DNA of 64,000 bases from the NCBI GenBank assembly GCA_964016885.1, contig OZ024740.1:52452001-52516000 (forward strand). Reading direction: 5' to 3'. The notes under the pieces were generated by a model. That model was given only the letters and a program-made list of their open reading frames with translations. It was not told where the DNA came from and did no database searches. Below are positions 55,451 through 64,000 of this stretch, piece by piece; positions within the stretch are counted from its first letter, which is position 1; the number at the start of each line of letters is the position of its first letter. Source of the stretch: Eledone cirrhosa (lineage: Eukaryota). Made by a program: the position numbers and the translations under genes.

Positions 55451-55686
55451 GACCGTCCAAGTAATATGGTGGTATTTATATCTTTTCTGGTGGTAGGAGA
55501 GGAGGTGATTAGGATGGGTGGAGGTCATTGGTTGATGGGTTTAAAGAAAAGGGAATTCATTAAAAGCTATATTTAGAGTTACAAAGGCAAAAAGAATTCT
55601 ATAAACAAGTTCATACTGGGGGTGCCACTCCTTATTTTTAAGATTCACTTAAGCTAACAATGCCTATAGTCAGGTGCCTACACGCA

Positions 55687-55746
<60 letters not shown>

Positions 55747-55804
55747 AAGCTCTTACTCCCACACACTTGCAAAAAGACACACTCTTATATATATATATAT
55801 ACAT

Positions 55805-55867
<63 letters not shown>

Positions 55868-55869
55868 AA

Positions 55870-56620
55870 TTAAAATGATGAATTAGAAATAGATGCCAGG
55901 ACTACCTATCATTAGTGGTCTACTAGCCATCATAGATGTTTCTTTGCATTAAAGATCAGATACCTCAGGCTAGCGCGAACAATAACTAAAATAAGTTATT
56001 GCGATAAAAAGAATTGGGTGGAGAAAGAGAGACAGGTAAACAAACATGAATGGTGAAGCAACGTAAGGAGAGGAAAAAATGAGAAAATCAAATCAATGAT
56101 TCATTTGAACATAAGAACTTGCGAATATTGACGAGAAGACGAAAGACACATCTTAACCGTGCGAAAGTAAGCGAGGAAAGAATTTCGCACTTTGTGGGAC
56201 GATGGAGGAAGTGGGAGAGAGGGTGAGTAGCAGAGAGTGAGTGATTGAAAGTGTGAGGAAAAGGCTAGCCGAGAGAGGGTGACTAGCAGAGGGGGTGAAT
56301 GAAAGTAAGAGGGAGAAGGAGAGAGAATGGGGAGAGAGAAAGAGGATAGCAGTAAGGGAAGAGAAAAGGACAGGTCACAGCGAAGGGAAAAGCATGTAGG
56401 AATGAAAAATTGTGTGCTGTGTTTTGCAAATGTGATATACAAATTAATATGAAGAATTAGAAATAGAAGCCAGGACTATCCATCATCAGTGGTCTACTAG
56501 CCATCATAGGTATTTCTTCGCATTAAAGACCAGATACCTCAGGCTAGCGCAAACAATAACTAAAATAAGTTATTGTGGTAAAAAGAATTGGGTGGAGAAA
56601 GAGAGACAGGTAAACAAACA
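55870..56620. repeat. Partial tandem duplication, period about 574 bp
   Basis: About 170 bp at 55881-56046 repeated at 56455-56620, between TA/CA tracts. Confidence 0.85.
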
Positions 56621-56706
56621 CGAATATTTATAAAACAAACTTTGTATTTTATCTATTTGTCGGACTTCAAACAAATTAAATACCCCTTCTACTTATATAT
56701 ATATAT

Positions 56707-56950
56707 AGGAACGAGTAGGACCCCGACGGCTGAGCTCAAGCCGTTTCGACGGCTAATTCTAGACTCACTCTCTGCTACTCACCCTCTCTCCCACTTCCTC
56801 CATCTGGACTCTGAGTCCAGAATTAGCTGTCGAAACGGCTTGAGCTCAGCCGTCGGGGTCCTACTCGTTCCTATTACCCACTCTACTACCCTAAGTATTG
56901 AGTACTTTGGTGCGTTATGGTCCATCTGGTTCCTTACCACATTTCCTTCG

Positions 56951-56952
<2 letters not shown>
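56707..56952 (+). mobile_element. Hairpin+tail element, copy G (longest loop)
   Basis: Palindrome 56707-56872 plus tail; TA flanks. Confidence 0.88.
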
Positions 56953-57019
<67 letters not shown>

Positions 57020-58631
57020 CACACACATACATACACATATATATACATATATAGACATACATATACACATACATATACATCTATATATATATGTATATAT
57101 ATACACATATATACCCCCGATTGAACCCAGGATAAACTTATATATACATATATATATATATCAGCGAGAGTGAGAGATAAATAGATATAAAGATAGATGT
57201 TTGTGTATATAATATATGTGTGTGTGCGTCTATACGTATATTTATAAATGAATTTGTGTGTATGAGTATGCATAAATGTTAATATTATGTCGGATATAAC
57301 ATATAAGTGAACATATAATGATTGTATCCAATTCAACTTTCACAAAATTACATTGACACTTCTAATCCGGAATGGTATCGCATGTGCTTTTCTAATTTAA
57401 TAATTAGACAACGTAAAACTAATTACGTTTGTTGCAATTCGAAATAACCTTGAAATGTGTAAATGTAACACGAAAGCCCAGCTATTAAACAATACAGGGT
57501 TAAAAGGTTATCCGTGACGAGTTACCTGAAAATTAAATTGTACAATGATGTGAAAAGTTGTAGTTGTTTTAAATAATCACCAAAGTCAATTTCATAGCAC
57601 ACTCTTTAAGATATATATTGTTGTATCAATGAAGCTTATTCTAACACTTTACAATTATGTTATAAGACAGATTTGAGTTTCTTTATTAAAAAAGAAACTT
57701 TTTTGTATGTTAACTTTACTACTGTTCTGCTATTATTCTATGTCAATTATATTCAAGTTTTATAACAATACAGGGCTACCAAAGCTCTCTTCCATAGCTT
57801 TAAAAATTGCTCTTTTTTTTTTCAGTTTCAGTTTTTTCAGTTTCAGATCTTTGTGATATTGCGGTATTAATTGCGGTCCTTTAAATCCTGCCGAGGTCAG
57901 CCTTACTTTTCATTCTTCTTGGATCAATATAAATATAATCGACAATAGCCATCTCTCAAATTTATTGAAAATGCCGCACGTACTACAGTATAACACAGTG
58001 CTGTGGGATTTTGTTATCTTTCTCTTCCGTTATGAACCATATGACATATTTACACAATACGAGGAGGGCAAACTCTCCAAGTACCGGTCGCTCTCCGACA
58101 GGTTTGCGGTCGTGTCCTAGGCAGTGGAGACTTCTGGTGTCCTTGACGCTAGGGCTACCTCCCTCCTCACCACCATAGGAGCTGGCCAGCTGCAGATGTG
58201 AGCCTCGCGAGATGGAATGGCTCTTCCAGCGCATCTCCCTTACCACCCTCCAAGGAAATGTCTTCTCCATTCTGTCCGCCGGGGCTATGGGGATGCCAGC
58301 ACGTGAGACCCCATTTGCTCACTATACAGAGAGATGGGGAGGGCGAGAGAGATGGAGGCGATGACAGTGGGAACTCGGCGCTGAAAAATGTATTAGTTCA
58401 GTTGCTAGATTATCACCCCAAGCATTACTGAAAATAAGCGCAAACATAAATGGATAGTTATAAAGGTCTCTTTGTAACTTTATGATTCCGGATTCAATCC
58501 AACTGCACAGTACATTGAACACGCACCTTCTACCGTAATATCGGTTTTCAGATTGACTAATACCATGTATGTGGAATTTGGATGATGGAAACTGTTTGGA
58601 AGCCTTTCGTTTGTGTGTGTGTATGTGTATG

Positions 58632-58673
<42 letters not shown>

Positions 58674-58907
58674 TTAGAAACACACAGATACATGCGGACA
58701 CACACATATATACATGAATGCATCCGCACCCAACTGTGAGTTAAGGGTGCCAACTTCACCGATGTTGCTCAATGAATGACTGGGACAGACCAATTAAATT
58801 TGAACCAGACTGAACCAGTATCAGAGTTAAAAATACATTATGAAGAGAGAAGAAACATTTAGATATAATTAGTAATAAAATGTATCATACCTAAACTGCT
58901 CCTAAAT

Positions 58908-58995
58908 TCCTCGACTACGTAGTTTCGTGGCATAAACAAAAACAATATATCAAAGATATAGAGTCCTTGCGAGGTCTGCCAACTTATCAAGAGGA
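58908..58995 (-). ncRNA. U3-A8 hammerhead ribozyme, array copy 1
   Basis: Reverse complement of 59975-60062. Confidence 0.8.
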
Positions 58996-59498
58996 TACCT
59001 CATTTTACTAGTCTCAAGAACGCGTCTACACGACGTGAGAAAGAATCCCAAAAGGCGGAGGGGGAGATAGTCACGCGATATAACGGTCGAGAAACAGAGC
59101 TAAGCCTCTTATAACCACGAAGAAAATACCACGGAGGCGGAGGGGGTATTCATATCGAGGCCGTAGAAGAGGTAGTGAAGAAGGCGAGAAGTATGAGTAA
59201 TGGAAGCTTTCCAGTTGTCCCCACACTTCAAAGATTGCTCGACCAGAGGGAGTTATTAATATATTTAGAAACACACAGATACATGCGGACACACACATAT
59301 ATACATGAATGCATCTGCACCCAACTGTGAGTTAAGGGTGCCAACTTCACCGATGTTGCTCAATGAATGACTGGGACAGACCAATTCAATTTGAACCAGA
59401 CTGAACCAGTATCAGAGTTAAAAATACATTATGAAGAGAGAAGAAACATTTAGATATAATTAGTAATAAAATGTATCATACCTAAACTGCTCCTAAAT

Positions 59499-59586
59499 TC
59501 CTCGACTACGTAGTTTCGTGGCATAAACAAAAACAATATATCAAAGATATAGAGTCCTTGCGAGGTCTGCCAACTTATCAAGAGGA
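59499..59586 (-). ncRNA. U3-A8 hammerhead ribozyme, array copy 2
   Basis: Reverse complement of 59975-60062. Confidence 0.8.
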
Positions 59587-59974
59587 TACCTCATTTTACT
59601 AGTCTCAAGAACGCGTCTACACGACGTGAGAAAGAATCCCAAAAGGCGGAGGGGGAGATAGTCACGCGATATAACGGTCGAGAAACAGAGCTAAGCCTCT
59701 TATAACCACGAAGAAAATACCACGGAGGCGGAGGGGGTATTCATATCGAGGCCGTAGAAGAGGTAGTGAAGAAGGCGAGAAGTATGAGTAATGGAAGCTT
59801 TCCAGTTGTCCCCACACTTCAAAGATTGCTCGACCAGAGGGAGTTATTAATATATTTATAAGAGGCTTAGCTCTGTTTCTCGACCGTTATATCGCGTGAC
59901 TATCTCCCCCTCCGCCTTTTGGGATTCTTTCTCACGTCGTGTAGACGCGTTCTTGAGACTAGTAAAATGAGGTA

Positions 59975-60062
59975 TCCTCTTGATAAGTTGGCAGACCTCG
60001 CAAGGACTCTATATCTTTGATATATTGTTTTTGTTTATGCCACGAAACTACGTAGTCGAGGA
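59975..60062 (+). ncRNA. U3-A8 hammerhead ribozyme, array copy 3
   Basis: TCCTC TTGATAA GtTGGCA...(44 nt)...TGCCAC GAAA CTACGTAG TC GAGGA; predicted cleavage after GUC at 60057. Confidence 0.82.
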
Positions 60063-60565
60063 ATTTAGGAGCAGTTTAGGTATGATACATTTTATTACTA
60101 ATTATATCTAAATGTTTCTTCTCTCTTCATAATGTATTTTTAACTCTGATACTGGTTCAGTCTGGTTCAAATTGAATTGGTCTGTCCCAGTCATTCATTG
60201 AGCAACATCGGTGAAGTTGGCACCCTTAACTCACAGTTGGGTGCGGATGCATTCATGTATATATGTGTGTGTCCGCATGTATCTGTGTGTTTCTAAATAT
60301 ATTAATAACTCCCTCTGGTCGAGCAATCTTTGAAGTGTGGGGACAACTGGAAAGCTTCCATTACTCATACTTCTCGCCTTCTTCACTACCTCTTCTACGG
60401 CCTCGATATGAATACCCCCTCCGCCTCCGTGGTATTTTCTTCGTGGTTATAAGAGGCTTAGCTCTGTTTCTCGACCGTTATATCGCGTGACTATCTCCCC
60501 CTCCGCCTTTTGGGATTCTTTCTCACGTCGTGTAGACGCGTTCTTGAGACTAGTAAAATGAGGTA

Positions 60566-60653
60566 TCCTCTTGATAAGTTGGCAGACCTCGCAAGGACTC
60601 TATATCTTTGATATATTGTTTTTGTTTATGCCACGAAACTACGTAGTCGAGGA
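60566..60653 (+). ncRNA. U3-A8 hammerhead ribozyme, array copy 4
   Basis: Same motif, +591 bp. Confidence 0.82.
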
Positions 60654-61156
60654 ATTTAGGAGCAGTTTAGGTATGATACATTTTATTACTAATTATATCT
60701 AAATGTTTCTTCTCTCTTCATAATGTATTTTTAACTCTGATACTGGTTCAGTCTGGTTCAAATTGAATTGGTCTGTCCCAGTCATTCATTGAGCAACATC
60801 GGTGAAGTTGGCACCCTTAACTCACAGTTGGGTGCGGATGCATTCATGTATATATGTGTGTGTCCGCATGTATCTGTGTGTTTCTAAATATATTAATAAC
60901 TCCCTCTGGTCGAGCAATCTTTGAAGTGTGGGGACAACTGGAAAGCTTCCATTACTCATACTTCTCGCCTTCTTCACTACCTCTTCTACGGCCTCGATAT
61001 GAATACCCCCTCCGCCTCCGTGGTATTTTCTTCGTGGTTATAAGAGGCTTAGCTCTGTTTCTCGACCGTTATATCGCGTGACTATCTCCCCCTCCGCCTT
61101 TTGGGATTCTTTCTCACGTCGTGTAGACGCGTTCTTGAGACTAGTAAAATGAGGTA

Positions 61157-61244
61157 TCCTCTTGATAAGTTGGCAGACCTCGCAAGGACTCTATATCTTT
61201 GATATATTGTTTTTGTTTATGCCACGAAACTACGTAGTCGAGGA
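61157..61244 (+). ncRNA. U3-A8 hammerhead ribozyme, array copy 5
   Basis: Same motif, +1182 bp. Confidence 0.82.
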
Positions 61245-61316
61245 ATTTAGGAGCAGTTTAGGTATGATACATTTTATTACTAATTATATCTAAATGTTTC
61301 TTCTCTCTTCATAATG

Positions 61317-61349
<33 letters not shown>

Positions 61350-61352
<3 letters not shown>

Positions 61353-63112
61353 GAGGGTCATATTTGTGTAATATTGCCAGAATTAATAACAGAACACCCT
61401 CACTGTTTGGTTGGTTTTCGCTTTTCGCTTCTGTGTCTTTTATATCGGTAATCTAATTTATTCGGTCCTCAATGTTGCCATTGACTGACCAACGGTCAAA
61501 AATAATACAGATACAATATAGACACAAACACATATATATAGTTTATCAAAGTTCTTTCGTTGCACATCTGCAACAGCGTCAGTGGTGCTATTGTTTCCTC
61601 CCGTTGCATTGTATTTTCTACGCTATCTTTATTTAGTCTGTTTATATATTTATTTATTTGTTTATTTTATTTTGTCTTCTTCGCGCATGCGTTTGCGTGT
61701 GTGTATAGTGTTTTGTTTGATTTGTGTTCGTGATTGGGTGGCTGTGTATTGGTTAATGTATTCTATCTTCGCTAGTGTGTGTTTATATGTGTTTGTTGTT
61801 ATTGTGCTTGTGTATGTATTTATTTATTTATTTATCTATTTATTTATTTATTTATTTATATTTCCTTAGGTCAGTGTTGTTTGTTTGGGTGTTGTTGTTA
61901 TTCCATTCATTTTTTTCTGTTTAGCCTTGGCCTTCTAAGTTCTATTTCACTGGCCTCTCTGATTTGCCTATCTGCTGGGTCATTTCTATGTTTAGATATT
62001 ATTCTAATTTCTATGTTGTCTATGTTACCGTCGTGTTGTTGTCTGGCATGTTCGTATAGTACTGAACCGTTTTTTCGTCCTTTTAGTTCCCCCCAGTGTA
62101 TGTCTATCCTTTCACCTATGCTACGAGCTGTCTCTCCTATGCATGTTGTAGTCATGTTTCTGCAAGTACCCTCTGTACATCTTATGCTATAGACTACGTT
62201 TCTAGAAACGTAATCTATAGCATAAGATGTACAGAGGGTACTTGCAGAAACATGACTACAACATGCATAGGCGAGACAGCTCGTAGCATAGGTGAAAGGA
62301 TAGACATACACTGGGGGGAACTAAAAGGACGAAAAAACGGTTCAGTACTATACGAACATGCCAGACAACAACACGACGGTAACATAGACAACATAGAAAT
62401 TAGAATAATATCTAAACATAGAAATGACCCAGCAGATAGGCAAATCAGAGAGGCCAGTGAAATAGAACTTAGAAGGCCAAGGCTAAACAGAAAAAATTGA
62501 ATGGAATTACAACAACACCCAAGCAAACAACACTGACCTAAGGAAGTATAAATAAATAAATAAATAAATAGATAAATAAATAAATAAATACATACACAAG
62601 CACAATAACAACAAACACATATAAACACATACTAGTGAAGATAGAATACATTAACCAATACACAGCCACCCAATCACGAACACAAATCAAACAAAACACT
62701 ATACACACACGCAAACGCATGCGCAAAGAAGACAAAATAAAATAAACAAATAAATAAATATATAAACAGACTAAATAAAGATGGCGTAGAAAATACAATG
62801 CAACGGTAGGAAACAATAGCACCACTGACGCTGTTGCAGATGTGCAACGAAAGAACTTTGATAAACTATATATATTTGTTTGTGTCTATATTGTATCTGT
62901 GTTATTTTTGACCGTTGGTCAGTCAATGGCAACATTGAGGACCGAATAAATTAGATTACCGATATAAAAGACACAGAAGCGAAAAGCGAAAACCAACCAA
63001 ACAGTGAGGGTGTTCTGTTATTAATTCTGGCAATATTACACAAATATGACCCTCCCCAAGTATAACGATATTTGTTTCGACACACGATTTCATATCAAAA
63101 ACCTCGCAAAAC
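61350..63112. mobile_element. PLE 3' fragment as a spacerless 1.7-kb palindrome
   Basis: Arms 61350-62203 and 62204-63057 are centred on TCTAGA; the right arm continues to 63112; TA flanks. Confidence 0.93.
62201..62500 (+). pseudogene. PLE GIY-YIG endonuclease C-terminal domain (mirrored on minus at 61907-62206)
   Basis: SRNVIYSIRC..C...CIGETARSIGERIDIH...SVLYEH..QQH...IRII...RQIREASEI...PRLNRK. Confidence 0.87.
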
Positions 63113-63118
63113 TATATA

Positions 63119-63195
<77 letters not shown>

Positions 63196-63249
63196 AAAAG
63201 AAAAAGAAAAAGAAAAAGAAAATTTCGCTCTACATGGGTGAATACAATA

Positions 63250-63433
63250 AATGTAATCTGAGTTTTTCGAATATTAATTATATCATTCGATTCGTTTGCA
63301 TTTCTGTTCACATGCCAACACAAGAGCAAGAATGAAGGGTTCATTCTACTCACATGGCTATAAAATTGAGGCTTGTTTGCATAATTACAAACGAATCGAA
63401 TGTTATAATTAATATTCGAAAAACTCAGATTAC

Positions 63434-63437
<4 letters not shown>
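63250..63437. repeat. Inverted repeat with arms of about 50 bp ending at a TA tract
   Basis: AATGTAATCTGAGTTTTTCGAATATTAATTATA..TTCGATTCGTTTG versus its reverse complement at about 63388-63437. Confidence 0.85.
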
Positions 63438-63516
<79 letters not shown>

Positions 63517-63802
63517 GATATAATTACGGTATGTGCGCATTTCTTCTAACTTTAATTTTACTACTAATTGTGTGTGGTTGATGGTATATTTGGTCGAAGT
63601 CTACATGGTGTCGAAATGTTCGATAAATAATGGAACGGGGCTGCCGCGAAGAGGCTACGGTCGATTGTTTGTCAGAGATTTCCCCATAAGAAAATGTATT
63701 CTTAAAGCTTGCTAGATTTGATTTTGTATATGGTTAATTGTGCTAATTAGAAGAAGAAATAGTATATATTTTAATATCTGATGATTCTAAAGACATGATT
63801 TA

Positions 63803-63884
<82 letters not shown>

Positions 63885-63891
<7 letters not shown>

Positions 63892-63947
63892 TAACAGATT
63901 AAAGTTTAAGCAAAGAATCGCTGCTTTCACCCTTAACGGGATCTTCT
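63885..63947 (-). mobile_element. PLE 3'-terminal stub with truncated A4 HHR
   Basis: Matches 47779-47840, embedded in (TA)n. Confidence 0.82.
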
Positions 63948-64000
63948 ATATATATATATAAACGCGAGTTAAAACATATCTGAGGAGCTTCCGATTCCAG

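Larger units (their letters stand above)
58666..61320. mobile_element. Inverted tandem array of a 591-bp HHR-containing unit (retrozyme-like)
   Basis: TATTTA(G) phase at 58671, 59262 and 59853. Two units run on minus (58666-59858), about 2.5 on plus (59856-61320). TA tracts at both ends. Confidence 0.92.

Noticed and set aside
59071-61081. Identical 75-aa ORF (MCVSACICVF...) in three array units
   Set aside because: Identity follows from near-identical repeats. It starts at a non-ATG codon in TG-rich sequence and has no recognisable domain.
58666-61320. CRISPR-like or LTR interpretation of the repeats
   Set aside because: Units are contiguous with no unique spacers, and there are no TG..CA ends, PBS or internal gag/pol.

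Overview
AT-rich, microsatellite-dense animal DNA with no recognisable host gene. The tRNA-head/Nin-domain SINEs suggest an octopodid cephalopod (inference). The window is mostly retroelements. (1) Five Tx1/L1-clade LINE copies sit in (GATA)n tracts, four stacked at 6.99-16.8 kb and one of them full length. (2) RTE-derived and R4/Dong-like elements sit in (TACA)n. (3) Penelope-like element (PLE) fragments with GIY-YIG domains and small non-coding units sit mostly in or beside (TA)n. Reading both strands by eye found about 15 type I hammerhead ribozyme (HHR) motifs in about 10 sequence contexts. These include non-canonical cores (U3-A8, C4, A4, U3), long stem II insertions and palindromic stem III. 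The best candidate new system is a set of HHR-bearing retrozyme-like units (591, about 429 and about 518 nt) plus a 7-copy hairpin family carrying half a hammerhead. Many of these insertions have an inverted fold-back arm. All ribozyme calls are manual motif and pairing readings; activity is untested.
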